This document shows, piece after piece, positions 38,724-48,237 of a stretch of DNA of 64,000 nt. Position 1 is the first letter of the stretch. Every line of letters begins with the position of its first letter. Source of the DNA: Flavobacteriaceae bacterium UBA3611 (GTDB lineage: Bacteria > Bacteroidota > Bacteroidia > Flavobacteriales > Flavobacteriaceae); NCBI GenBank assembly GCA_002375495.1, contig DFLU01000005.1, positions 103,503-167,502 of the forward strand, in the 5' to 3' direction. The notes below the pieces were generated by a model that saw nothing but the letters and a program-made list of their open reading frames with translations, ran no database searches and was not told the origin of the DNA. The translations under genes and the position numbers were made by a program.

Positions 38724-39560
38724 TTATTCGTGTAGCACCAAGAAAGGGATTCGGGTGTGGTAGCTAATTTTCTGGACCCGGGGTTTAAATAAAATTCGCT
38801 GGAAGAGATTGAGACTTTTCGCGATCATCACCACCATGTCTATTTTAAAAGAGCTGACAAACGACTGCAGCGCGTCTTCCAGATTAGGGTCTTCTACTAC
38901 GTGAAAGCTATGGGGTACCTCGGCCAAAGAATCATTTAGATAAATCCTGTTGGTATTTTGAAAAGCGTTTAAAGGTTGTTCATTTTGGGCTACCCTCAGA
39001 ACTTTGACCATCGATTGATGGATTTTTGCCATACCCTGCAACAGTTGCAGGACCTTGTTGGTATAAGGAATGTTGAAATCTGTAGGAAATCCGATATTTA
39101 CGGGCGGTTTAAAAGTAGCTTCTTCTGGGATGACCAAGATGGCACATTTAACTTTTGTAATAACAGCCCCCGTGCTGCTACCTACGGTTATTTCTTTTAT
39201 GCCTGAAGCACCTTTTGTGCCCATTGCTATTAGATCGATATTATTCGTTTTTACATAGCTCCGTATACTCTCAATAAAACGCCCTTTTACTACAGTTGCG
39301 ATGATGGCATGGTTGTTAATGCGGTTTTTAGCATTTACCCTAGCTACTAGCGAATCCATATTGTCCTGCAGTTCACTTTCAATTTCGCCCAATGCAAGGA
39401 AGCCTGCTGTGTGTAAATTTTCATCTCTAGGGAGAGTGTAAGCAGTATCGACGTGCAAGAAATGAAATGTGACACGTTCCTCACGAAAGAACTCAAAAGC
39501 ATATTGGATAGCGTTCCAAGCATTAAGAGAAAAATCTGTAGGAATTAATATATGCCGCAT
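38724..39560 (-). CDS. Universal stress protein
   Basis: ILIPTDFS, DLIAMGTKGASG, GSST, CAILVIP. Confidence 0.93.
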   Translation of the reverse strand: MRHILIPTDFSLNAWNAIQYAFEFFREERVTFHFLHVDTAYTLPRDENLHTAGFLALGEIESELQDNMDSLVARVNAKNRINNHAIIATVVKGRFIESIRSYVKTNNIDLIAMGTKGASGIKEITVGSSTGAVITKVKCAILVIPEEATFKPPVNIGFPTDFNIPYTNKVLQLLQGMAKIHQSMVKVLRVAQNEQPLNAFQNTNRIYLNDSLAEVPHSFHVVEDPNLEDALQSFVSSFKIDMVVMIAKSLNLFQRILFKPRVQKISYHTRIPFLVLHE

Positions 39561-39608
39561 TACTTTTGATTATCGTACAAAAGTATTAGGGTGCTAAGCA
39601 GTAAAGAA

Positions 39609-39620
39609 TGACAATTATCA
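39609..39620 (-). promoter_or_regulatory. FNR-like box 5
   Basis: TGACAATTATCA, 23 nt from a perfect -7 element TACTTTTG (39578-39585, minus strand). Confidence 0.75.
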
Positions 39621-39634
39621 GTTACTCAAAATTA

Positions 39635-40681
39635 TTACTCCATCATCTCAAGGGCCTTCAGATCACGAATGGTAATATTTCTACCCTCGATTTCTATAAG
39701 ATTCTTCTTTTTGAATTCAGACAAGGTACGTATCAAACTTTCTGTGGCGATTCCGGCCACGCTAGCCAAGTCTGCACGTGAAATCTTGATGGCTTCGTCA
39801 GGTTTCTTGTTGAGAATCTTTGAAAACTGTAAAATAGTCTGGGCCGTTTTTTTACGTACTGAGCTGTATGCCATTTGTAGCAGTTGTTCTTTTATTTCTG
39901 AAACGGTATCACTCAACACATTCACAAGTGCCAAGGATACTTTTTGATTTTTGCCAAGAATATCTTTTAATGAACTTTTAGAGATGCCAGCCAATTCTGA
40001 TTCTTCAACAGCAGTAGCTGTTTCCTCATAGGGTACATTATCTTCAAAAGAAGTAAATCCCACAAATTCATCTTCCTTATAAAGTGCCGTGATGAGTTCT
40101 TTACCACTTTCATCCAATTTATGACTTTTTACGACTCCTTTTAATATAAGGAAAATAGTATTGGAGCGACTCCGCTCTTCGTAAATAACCTCCCCTTTTT
40201 TGTAGGTGCTAATTACACCATTATCGTCAAAAAAATTTTTTAGTTCGTTTAAGTCCCGAAGATCATCTTCCTTTTCTGTGAAAGTTGGCGCTATGGCTTT
40301 CGCTAAAATTTCAGCTTTTGCCAATCTACTTTCAATGGCGCTTATTAATTCATCCTCTTCAAAAGGCTTGGTAAGGTAATCGTCTGCCCCGAGGTCCATC
40401 CCTTTTCGTATTTCTTTGTGCTCTGTTTTGGCAGATAAGAATATAAAGGGAATGTGTGCCGTTTTTTCATCTAAAGATAAGGCTTCCAGTACTCCATAAC
40501 CATCTACTTCGGGCATCATTATATCGCAAACAATGAGGTTTGGCAGGTATTCCTTAGCCATATCGATACCAATCTTACCGTTAGGAGCCGTAAAAACATG
40601 GTAATTGGCAAGTTCTAACAGTTCTGCAGTGTTTTCTCGAAGGGCAGTATCGTCTTCTATTAAAAGTATGTTTTTCATCAT
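39635..40681 (-). CDS. Response regulator: REC domain fused to CRP/FNR-family cNMP-binding-like and HTH domains
   Basis: IEDD, D53 in VCDIMMP, GADDYLTKP; CRP-like beta-roll (YKKGEVIY...ILKGVV); HTH ISRADLASVAGIATESLIRTLSEF. Confidence 0.93.
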   Translation of the reverse strand: MMKNILLIEDDTALRENTAELLELANYHVFTAPNGKIGIDMAKEYLPNLIVCDIMMPEVDGYGVLEALSLDEKTAHIPFIFLSAKTEHKEIRKGMDLGADDYLTKPFEEDELISAIESRLAKAEILAKAIAPTFTEKEDDLRDLNELKNFFDDNGVISTYKKGEVIYEERSRSNTIFLILKGVVKSHKLDESGKELITALYKEDEFVGFTSFEDNVPYEETATAVEESELAGISKSSLKDILGKNQKVSLALVNVLSDTVSEIKEQLLQMAYSSVRKKTAQTILQFSKILNKKPDEAIKISRADLASVAGIATESLIRTLSEFKKKNLIEIEGRNITIRDLKALEMME

Positions 40682-42198
40682 TGGTCTTTATCAGTGATTG
40701 GAATGGTTACCACAAAAGTGGAGCCCTTATTTTCAATACTTGTAAATGTAATGCTGCCTCCCAAGTTTTCCAAATGCGTCTTTACAATATTGAGCCCAAT
40801 ACCGGTTCCTTGGTTCAGCAAAGCATTTTCGGCTCTAAAGTATCGGTTAAAAATGTGCTTTTGTTCTTCTTTTGGAATTCCAATCCCTTCATCTGAAATG
40901 GAAATCTTAAGGCTATCTTCGTTCTGTTCAATAATTATATTTACGGTGGTATTTTCTGAAGAATACTTAACCGCATTGTTAATCAAATTGGTTAAAACGA
41001 GTGCCAAGATTTTTTCATCAAAGTGTACCACAATAGTATCTATGCCTTCGGGATAGGCAATCGTTTGTCCTTCCTTCAACATCATATTGGCATCATAAAT
41101 AACTTCGTTCACCACTTTACTCAACGGAAAACTCGCAAAATTGTAGTTTACACTTCCACTTTCAAGCCGTTCTATGGATAAAAAATCATTGATGATATTA
41201 TTGAGGTATTTTACCTTACTGGTTATAGTGTTAAGGTGTTTCTCCCGTTTTTCCTGTTGGTCTTCTTTTGTATATTTTCCGGCCAACGTGGCAGAAGTTA
41301 AAATACCGCTCAATGGCGTTTTAAATTCATGAGAAACCAATGACAAAAATTTTGTTTTCAGTTCGCCCAATTCTTTTTCTTTTTTGAGGGCATCTTGCAA
41401 CTGTCGGGTACGAATGGCAACTTCCTTTTCCAATTTATTCGTGTACTCAACTCGTTCGGTAATGTCTAAAATTATGGCTACCAGAGTATCTTTATTCTCT
41501 TTCACCGTTTTCTGCAAATGAACTTCAACAGGATATGTACTTGCGTCTTTACGTTGATGCGTGGTATAGAATATTAGCTTTTCTTTTTCACCAATTAATA
41601 AAGGTGTGATTTCATTCCGAAAAGCAGCTTCGTCAAAATCGGGTTTAATATCTACTGGGGTCATACTTCTCAATTCGTCCAGTGTATATCCTATGTTTTG
41701 TTGTGCCCCCTTATTCACATCCATGAATTTTAATGTGGCTGCATCAAATATGAAAATTTCGTTGAGTGATTCGTTAAAAATCTCAGCCCAGTGCTTCAAT
41801 TCCTGTTCAGCTTTTTTTCTAACGGTAATGTCAATTACCAAAGCCATTACATACTCTTGGTCATAGATGGAAAAGGGGTTCAATCCGGCCTCGACTGGGA
41901 AATGTGATCCATCTTTTCGGCGTCCGTATAAATTGCGACCATGCCCCATAGAACGCTTCTCGCTCTTATCCATAAATTCATCTACATGCGAATGGTGGCT
42001 ATGATGGTATTTTTTGGGGATCAAAATATCGAGGTGCTGCCCTAGCAATTCGTCCTCGGCATATCCAAAAACTTCGTTTGCCGCCGAGTTGGTCGCCACA
42101 ATGTGTTGCTCTTTGTTTACGATAACGATTCCCTCAGAAACGGCTTCTGATAAAATCTTAAAAACATTGCTCCCCTTTTTAAATACTTCCATAGGCAT
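40678..42198 (-). CDS. Double-PAS cytoplasmic sensor histidine kinase, FixL-like
   Basis: PAS-A LIPKKYHHSH...GRRKDGSHFPVE, PAS-B, H-box SHEFKTPL, NLINNAVKYS, DEGIGIP, GTGIGL; no TM segment. Start may be 42192. Confidence 0.92.
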   Translation of the reverse strand: MPMEVFKKGSNVFKILSEAVSEGIVIVNKEQHIVATNSAANEVFGYAEDELLGQHLDILIPKKYHHSHHSHVDEFMDKSEKRSMGHGRNLYGRRKDGSHFPVEAGLNPFSIYDQEYVMALVIDITVRKKAEQELKHWAEIFNESLNEIFIFDAATLKFMDVNKGAQQNIGYTLDELRSMTPVDIKPDFDEAAFRNEITPLLIGEKEKLIFYTTHQRKDASTYPVEVHLQKTVKENKDTLVAIILDITERVEYTNKLEKEVAIRTRQLQDALKKEKELGELKTKFLSLVSHEFKTPLSGILTSATLAGKYTKEDQQEKREKHLNTITSKVKYLNNIINDFLSIERLESGSVNYNFASFPLSKVVNEVIYDANMMLKEGQTIAYPEGIDTIVVHFDEKILALVLTNLINNAVKYSSENTTVNIIIEQNEDSLKISISDEGIGIPKEEQKHIFNRYFRAENALLNQGTGIGLNIVKTHLENLGGSITFTSIENKGSTFVVTIPITDKDQ

Positions 42199-42219
42199 AA
42201 AGGTACATAAATATTGAAC

Positions 42220-42231
42220 TGATAAATGTCA
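42220..42231 (+). promoter_or_regulatory. FNR-like box 6
   Basis: TGATAAATGTCA, 23 nt before TATTTTTA (42255-42262); also directly upstream of the divergent kinase gene. Confidence 0.7.
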
Positions 42232-42282
42232 TAGCACAGCTCAATTCGCCTTATTATTTTTACACTATTAAAAGATTAAAAG

Positions 42283-42690
42283 ATGGAAAAAATTAGTGCT
42301 ACCGAATTAGTATTCTATCAAAAATTAGGAGAACTTTTTTACGCCATTGCTGCCTCAGACAAGGTAGTGCGCGAAGCCGAGTATAAAACCCTCACACAAA
42401 TCGTAGAAGAAAGGTGGAAGCAAATAGACGACTACGAAGACCAATTTGGCAGTGATGCCGCGTACCAAATTTCAATCGTTTTTGAATGGTTTGATTATGA
42501 GCAAATGGATGCAGACGATTGTTTTACAAGCTTTTCCGATTATTACATGGAACATAAAAGTTTGTTTAGCGAACTACGCAAAAATCTTATACTGAACACG
42601 GCGCACAGTATTGCAGAAGCGTTTGCAGGCACCAATAAAAGTGAGTTAATCATGATCGCTAAACTTGAATTACTTTTTAACAAACACTAA
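42283..42690 (+). CDS. Hypothetical protein, TerB-like fold possible
   Basis: LFYAIAASDKVVREAE and IAEAFAGTNKSEL resemble TerB helices. Confidence 0.6.
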   Translation: MEKISATELVFYQKLGELFYAIAASDKVVREAEYKTLTQIVEERWKQIDDYEDQFGSDAAYQISIVFEWFDYEQMDADDCFTSFSDYYMEHKSLFSELRKNLILNTAHSIAEAFAGTNKSELIMIAKLELLFNKH

Positions 42691-42701
42691 ACCCCTTTTT
42701 T

Positions 42702-43601
42702 ATGAAATACTTAGTGCTATCACTATCGCTGCTATTGTTTTTATCTTGTAAAAACGATACATCGCGGCCCACAGACACCCCAAATACCGAGGTGAATACT
42801 TCAATAGAAAGTGATGATACTTTTGAGCAAGTACTTCCGTTCGATTCTATCTACACCAACAATGATACGGAATTGAAAAAAACCAAATCGGTAGTCATAA
42901 AAAGACAAAATTTAATCGACAAAGAAGACGACAAAAAAGAATTAGAGGAATTGGTCATTCAAAAAACCTTTAAAAAAGATGAAGATTTATACCTAATAGA
43001 CTTTACCTATCCGTACCTGAATGAAGAGTTAAAAGCTTCGTACCACAACTTTAATGAATATCTGGAAGAAACATATATGGATATTGCTGGGGTGGAAGCT
43101 AGTATTTTAGAAGACAAAGAATTGATATGTGACACCTTACGCATCAACCGATTTAAGGAAAAACGCTTTGTAGATTATAAAATCTACAACTTAAACGCGT
43201 CCCTTATAAGTGTGCTTTTCTACAAGGAAAACTATTATTCTGGCACTTTGCACCCTTCATACACCTTCGATTGTTTAAACTTCGATTTGGAACGCTCGGT
43301 ATTTATGGATTATGAAGATTTTTTTAATGAAGGGACCGAAGAGGAAATGACACAAATTTTAAACGAAGTACTTCGAGAAAAAATAAATAGTGGTGACATC
43401 TATTTTGATTGTTGGGAAATTACCTTCGATGATTTTTTTGAGTACAAAGACAATTTCGTAGTAGACGATGCTAAGGTAGAATACTACTTTGACGACTGCG
43501 TTATCTGCCCGTCTTACACAGGCACATTCTCTGTAGAGATTCCGCTAGAGCGATTATTGCCTGTACTTAGAAAATATAAATTTAACCCCTTTATGATGTA
43601 A
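42702..43601 (+). CDS. Lipoprotein with DUF4163/DUF3298 (RsiV/PdaC-like) domains
   Basis: Lipobox FLSC; ISVLF..YYSGTLHP...NFDL..FF..NF.V..YF pattern. Confidence 0.7.
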   Translation: MKYLVLSLSLLLFLSCKNDTSRPTDTPNTEVNTSIESDDTFEQVLPFDSIYTNNDTELKKTKSVVIKRQNLIDKEDDKKELEELVIQKTFKKDEDLYLIDFTYPYLNEELKASYHNFNEYLEETYMDIAGVEASILEDKELICDTLRINRFKEKRFVDYKIYNLNASLISVLFYKENYYSGTLHPSYTFDCLNFDLERSVFMDYEDFFNEGTEEEMTQILNEVLREKINSGDIYFDCWEITFDDFFEYKDNFVVDDAKVEYYFDDCVICPSYTGTFSVEIPLERLLPVLRKYKFNPFMM

Positions 43602-43602
43602 T

Positions 43603-44247
43603 ATGAGATTCTACGCAATTTTGTATGTAGTGGCCTATCTATTATTTGTAGGTACACTTTTCATATTGCCACTATTCTCTTTTGAAGGTGCTTCGATTCT
43701 AGAAACTACAATCGGAGCACTGGGAGCGCAGAAAGTACCTGGAAATTGGTTCGCAAACGCAACGGTCATCTTATTGAGTTTTGCAGTGGTACCGCTCGCC
43801 ACAAAACAGTTAGGGAGTTATTGGAAACAGCTCGCAGTGCTCTATACCTTTTGTATCGTCTTTTTCTTTACGGGAATGTACCAATTGGCGGGTCTAGATG
43901 CACAGCAATATATTTTTAATTATACCAATGACGCGCTGCATTCCTTATTTTCAGTTATTACTGGGTTTGCTTTTTGTCTTTTTTGCGTTTTCTTTATCGT
44001 TATTTTAAAAGAAAAAGCACATAGATGGCAAACAGTTATAGTTTTCTCATTGGCATTGATACTACCGTTGCTTATGTGGTACTTTCCGGCATATAAAGGC
44101 ATTTTACAACGTGTTCTTTTTCTGGTAACTTTTGGTTGGTTATTTTATGCATTAACTTCATACCCGTTGAAGAGAAGCAACAGTAAAGCTTCACAAATTA
44201 GACGTTATAACGAGCTGAAAAAACACATTCAAAAAGATGAAAAGTAA
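43603..44247 (+). CDS. Membrane protein (DUF998-like)
   Basis: Multi-TM; TIGALGA, LHSLFS and GILQR motifs. Confidence 0.7.
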   Translation: MRFYAILYVVAYLLFVGTLFILPLFSFEGASILETTIGALGAQKVPGNWFANATVILLSFAVVPLATKQLGSYWKQLAVLYTFCIVFFFTGMYQLAGLDAQQYIFNYTNDALHSLFSVITGFAFCLFCVFFIVILKEKAHRWQTVIVFSLALILPLLMWYFPAYKGILQRVLFLVTFGWLFYALTSYPLKRSNSKASQIRRYNELKKHIQKDEK

Positions 44248-44533
44248 TTTTAATTCTATTATCAACTCTGAAATACCTGTATTGGTCGATTTTTTTGCTG
44301 AATGGTGCGGGCCGTGCAAAGCACTTGCGCCTATTCTTAAAGACGTCAAGGCAGAAATGGGTGATGCTGTAAAAATTGTAAAGATTGATGTTGATAAAAA
44401 CCAGCCACTTGCAGCACAATATCAAGTGCGTGGTGTACCAACAATGCTCTTGTTTAAAAATGGAAAGCAAGTATGGAGACAAAGCGGGGTGTTGCAAAAA
44501 CAAGAAATCATAAATAGAATTCGCGCTAAGTGA
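44237..44533 (+). CDS. trxA: Thioredoxin
   Basis: WCGPC active site and GVPT. Confidence 0.93.
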   Translation: MKSNFNSIINSEIPVLVDFFAEWCGPCKALAPILKDVKAEMGDAVKIVKIDVDKNQPLAAQYQVRGVPTMLLFKNGKQVWRQSGVLQKQEIINRIRAK

Positions 44534-44534
44534 A

Positions 44535-45197
44535 ATGACAAATCTTCACAACTTTATAGAACACACCTTGCTTAAAGCCACAGCAACAACCGCTGACATC
44601 ATTACACTTTGTGACGAAGCGAAACAATATGATTTCTTCGGTGTTTGTGTGAATAGCTGCTATGTATATTTAGCGGTTAATGAATTGAAAGATCATCGCA
44701 CCAAAGTGATAGCCACCGTAGGGTTTCCTTTGGGAGCATCTTCTACAAAAACGAAGATTGAGGAAGCAAAACAAGCGGTAAAAGACGGAGCAGACGAAAT
44801 TGATATGGTGATGAATCTTGGTTTTTTTAAATCTGGAATCACCAAATCAGTCACTGAAGAAATTCGAGCGATTAAAAAAGCTATTGGAAGGCGCATTTTA
44901 AAAGTGATTATTGAAACCTGTTATTTGAATGCTGCTGAAATGAAACTCGCTTGCAAAATGGTACGTTTGGCTGGAGCAGATTTTGTAAAAACCTCAACCG
45001 GATTTGGCAATAAGGGAGCGTTGCTAAAAGATGTACAATTATTAAAAAGCATCGCAAACGAAGATGTGGGAATCAAAGCTTCTGGCGGAATCAAAACAGC
45101 GAAACAGGCCATTGCATTTATAGATGCTGGCGCAACCAGAATAGGATCCTCGAATGGTGTCGCCATGGTGTATGAGCCAGAAAATCATAAAGAATGA
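44535..45197 (+). CDS. deoC: Deoxyribose-phosphate aldolase
   Basis: HTLLK, VGFPLG, EIDMV, KVIIET, FVKTSTGF, KASGGI, RIGSS. Confidence 0.96.
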   Translation: MTNLHNFIEHTLLKATATTADIITLCDEAKQYDFFGVCVNSCYVYLAVNELKDHRTKVIATVGFPLGASSTKTKIEEAKQAVKDGADEIDMVMNLGFFKSGITKSVTEEIRAIKKAIGRRILKVIIETCYLNAAEMKLACKMVRLAGADFVKTSTGFGNKGALLKDVQLLKSIANEDVGIKASGGIKTAKQAIAFIDAGATRIGSSNGVAMVYEPENHKE

Positions 45198-45245
45198 GAG
45201 TACAGAATTATTTAATGATTAAAAACACTTAGAACAAAGCAATTT

Positions 45246-45650
45246 ATGTCGTATTCCATTTGTGCCACAGCAACTCCTGAAAAAGAAGGCGAAATCATTT
45301 TCAATGAAACTTCCGCTTCGTTTGGTATCACAACCAGCAGTGACCAAGAACTCCCTAGTCCTGCAGATGTATTCTTGGGCGCACTCGCCGCTTGCATTCT
45401 TAAGAACGTACAGCGCTTCTCAGGAATGATGAAATTTGAATATCAAGAAGCCAACGTCACGGTTTCTGCAACCTATGCCCAAAAACCGTCTAGGTTAGAA
45501 AACATTACCTATGAGCTTGTGATTTTAAGTAGTGAAGAAAAGATTAATACGCCGTTGTTAAAACGGAATCTTTCAAAATTTGGGACTATTTACAACATGA
45601 TAGCAAAAGCCACCGAAGTTTCTGGAACGGTAACCCATAACAGAATCTAA
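45246..45650 (+). CDS. OsmC family protein
   Basis: SPADVFLGALAAC and GTIYN motifs; only one of the two canonical Cys residues is evident. Confidence 0.8.
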   Translation: MSYSICATATPEKEGEIIFNETSASFGITTSSDQELPSPADVFLGALAACILKNVQRFSGMMKFEYQEANVTVSATYAQKPSRLENITYELVILSSEEKINTPLLKRNLSKFGTIYNMIAKATEVSGTVTHNRI

Positions 45651-45723
45651 AAGTGTAGTCATTATTAGTATAATTACCTTTCGTATTGCAGCGTATTTTT
45701 TTAAAAATTTAATATCCGATATT

Positions 45724-46179
45724 ATGATCAAGACCTTAGACGATAAAGAAAAATTGTTACTGCTCAGTTCTAATTATATTGGCAGTATGGGCTATATATT
45801 TCAAGACAAATGTTTTGTAGTACCCATCACCTATTTCTATAACCAAGAACAACATAACATTATCGGTTATTCAGCCAACGGACATAAAATTAATGCACTA
45901 CGAAAGAATAATTCCGTATCCCTATCTGTGACCGATATCGACTCGGTAAACGACTGGAAATCGGTATTAGTCCATGGCAGGTATGAGGAACACGAAGGAA
46001 CTATCGCTACCGCATTGCTGCATCAATTTTCATTAGGGGTAAAAGATCTTATTCTACGGAAAGAGTTACGGGATCTAGATTTTATAAGTCAGTTTTCCAG
46101 CAAGATTCACATCGACGATATGCCCATAATTTTTACTATCAATATCGAAGAAATTACTGGAAGAATGCGGAAGTTTTAA
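45724..46179 (+). CDS. Pyridoxamine 5'-phosphate oxidase-like FMN-binding protein
   Basis: VVPITY, GHKINALRKN..V, WKSVLVHGRYEE, ITGR motifs. Confidence 0.88.
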   Translation: MIKTLDDKEKLLLLSSNYIGSMGYIFQDKCFVVPITYFYNQEQHNIIGYSANGHKINALRKNNSVSLSVTDIDSVNDWKSVLVHGRYEEHEGTIATALLHQFSLGVKDLILRKELRDLDFISQFSSKIHIDDMPIIFTINIEEITGRMRKF

Positions 46180-46180
46180 T

Positions 46181-46214
46181 AAAAAAAGGAACCCTTTCAC
46201 AAGAATTCCTTTTT
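46181..46214. terminator. Bidirectional terminator between convergent genes
   Basis: AAAAAAGGAA...TTCCTTTTT stem with A/T tails on both sides. Confidence 0.55.
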
Positions 46215-46234
46215 CCATCCTACTGAAACACCCA

Positions 46235-47068
46235 CTACACCTTAAAGGTCATTATGGGTAAATCACTATGATTCACGATAGCTTCGCCAATATTTTCAGA
46301 AAAGAAATGAGCCAACCCCCTTCTTCCGTGGGTAGGTATTACCACCATATCTGCATCAACTTCATCACTAAAGCTATAGATACCATGTTCTAATCTATAG
46401 TCACAGTAATATGCGGTATTATCATACACATCTGTATTTTCTACACCGCTGTGTAACATAAACTTAAAGGCCCGTTCTTGCATTTCTTGATTGCTCAAGA
46501 ATTTCTCTGGGGTATTGATAAAAACCACTTGAAACTCGGCACCAATTGATTCGAAGAATTCCCAAGCTTTTTTGAATGCCCCTGCAAAATCTATATTGAA
46601 ATCGCAAGCAAACACCACCTTGTCCATTTTAAAATCTTTGTTACGGTTTTTTACCACCAAAACAGGAATTTCTGAAGTGCGCACCACCTTTTCTGTATTA
46701 GATCCTACAAAAACTTCTTTTAAGCCACTGGCACCGTGTGATCCCATCACGATTAGATCTGCTTTAAAATCGTTGGCAACCGTATTTATTTCGTGAAACT
46801 CCTTATAATTTTGTACTGTAGTTTCAACAGTGATGCCTTTTAAATAATCTTTGTCCAGGAAATCGCTAAAACGCTTTTCAGCTAGTTTCATATAGTAGAT
46901 AGCTTCCAACATTTCTCTAGACTCATCTTTAGTGAGAATTGCTTCCGAGAGCCCCATCATGTGCAAAACAACCAGTGAAGCATTGTTTTTTTTGGCTAAT
47001 GTAGCAGCCACTTCAAGGGCGTATTCTGAGTGATCAGAAAAATCTATAGGTATCAGTATTTTTTTCAT
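46235..47068 (-). CDS. Universal stress protein
   Basis: ILIPIDFS, DLIVMGSHGASG, GSNTEKVVR, PTHGRRG. Confidence 0.95.
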   Translation of the reverse strand: MKKILIPIDFSDHSEYALEVAATLAKKNNASLVVLHMMGLSEAILTKDESREMLEAIYYMKLAEKRFSDFLDKDYLKGITVETTVQNYKEFHEINTVANDFKADLIVMGSHGASGLKEVFVGSNTEKVVRTSEIPVLVVKNRNKDFKMDKVVFACDFNIDFAGAFKKAWEFFESIGAEFQVVFINTPEKFLSNQEMQERAFKFMLHSGVENTDVYDNTAYYCDYRLEHGIYSFSDEVDADMVVIPTHGRRGLAHFFSENIGEAIVNHSDLPIMTFKV

Positions 47069-47380
47069 CTAAGAGGATATGTTTTGGTTCGTAAATTTTG
47101 CTTTTCGCTTTTTTAATTGCTTTTCGAGGTCTGAAATGGTTTCTTTTACAGCCATCTCATAATTTTTTTCGTTGGAAGCTGCAAAAATTTTAGGTCCCGG
47201 TAAGCTCAGTTCCATTTCGCAGATTTGTCCTTTTTCGGTAGGATCATTCTCTTGTTTAAAGAAAACATCGGCTCTAATTACCCATTCATATTTTTTTGCG
47301 AGTCGTTGTAACTTCTTAGAAGTATAATCAACCATGCTTTCGCTGGTTTTCATTTTTACAAATTGAATATCTATAGTCAT
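47069..47380 (-). CDS. hpf: Ribosome hibernation factor (short HPF/RaiA)
   Basis: Start MTIDIQF (alternative 47395); YTSKKLQRL, ICEMELSLPG..IFA, AVKETISDLEKQLKKRK S30AE pattern. Confidence 0.85.
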   Translation of the reverse strand: MTIDIQFVKMKTSESMVDYTSKKLQRLAKKYEWVIRADVFFKQENDPTEKGQICEMELSLPGPKIFAASNEKNYEMAVKETISDLEKQLKKRKAKFTNQNISS

Positions 47381-47434
47381 AGCGTTTCGTTTCATTGTTT
47401 CTTCAAAAATAAAAAGCAACCCTACTTTAAACTA

Positions 47435-47446
47435 TGATAAATATCA
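47435..47446 (-). promoter_or_regulatory. FNR-like box 7
   Basis: TGATAAATATCA, 23 nt from a perfect -7 element TATTTTTG (47404-47411, minus strand). Confidence 0.75.
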
Positions 47447-47477
47447 GTTACAACAATTGAGACTGAGCACTCATTAT

Positions 47478-47987
47478 TTAGTTTATCATACTTTCCATTT
47501 TCAAAAGTATCGCATCAGACACATCACTTGCATTTTCAAGAATCGATTCACCGGCCATGGCATCAATACCTTCAATTTTATTATTGCCAGCGCCAGAAGT
47601 AGCATACACTATCATTTTGTGCTTCCTTTCGCTATTATTTTCGATAAATTCCAACACCGCCGCTGGAGGTTTCCCATATTCCCAAGTATGCAAGATCACA
47701 ATCACATTGTATTTAGAAGAATCCACCTGTGGTAACTGCGATACGTCGATTGCTTTTATATAGACCGAATCCTTTTTATAAAAATTGAAAATATTGGTCA
47801 CCACAGCATCTTTAAAACCACTTCCCTGTGTGGCCACGAGGACCTTAGTGGTTAGGTTCGGACTATGGATTGCTTTGCTTTGCACCACCTCCATTTCATA
47901 GGTTATTTTATACCAAACTGCGAATGCTACTAAGAAGGCAGCAAGGATACCTAAGAATAAGACCCGATTTTTAAGTTTTGATTTCAT
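47478..47987 (-). CDS. Membrane-anchored flavodoxin-like protein
   Basis: N-terminal TM; KVLVATQGSGFK, YNVIVILHTWE, ATSGAG alpha/beta pattern. Confidence 0.65.
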   Translation of the reverse strand: MKSKLKNRVLFLGILAAFLVAFAVWYKITYEMEVVQSKAIHSPNLTTKVLVATQGSGFKDAVVTNIFNFYKKDSVYIKAIDVSQLPQVDSSKYNVIVILHTWEYGKPPAAVLEFIENNSERKHKMIVYATSGAGNNKIEGIDAMAGESILENASDVSDAILLKMESMIN

Positions 47988-48037
47988 TTTCAGTAAATTA
48001 AAAGTCTAAAGTTAGTTTCTGAAACAACTTTTTACTA

Positions 48038-48049
48038 TGATATTTATCA
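48038..48049 (-). promoter_or_regulatory. FNR-like box 8
   Basis: TGATATTTATCA, 23 nt from minus-strand TAACTTTA (48007-48014). Confidence 0.7.
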
Positions 48050-48124
48050 CCTCCAAAAAAGTCGCAATGGTTCTAGCGATGTAAGTTCAAAAAGTGGGAG
48101 ATTTGATGACTTCAATTCCGTTTA

Positions 48125-48136
48125 TGACCAAAATCA
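48125..48136 (+). promoter_or_regulatory. FNR-like box 9
   Basis: TGACCAAAATCA, 23 nt before AATCTTTA (48160-48167), upstream of the patatin gene. Confidence 0.55.
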
Positions 48137-48237
48137 TTGCTATAGCGTCCATTTTTTTTAATCTTTATATAAATTAGTTACAGATTTGTATTTGCTACTA
48201 TTTCAGAAATAAACATTCAGAAAGTAAAGGACTGCGT

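Noticed and set aside
39635-40681. Calling the regulator FNR
   Set aside because: It lacks the Fe-S-binding cysteine cluster and carries a REC domain; only family-level similarity is supported.
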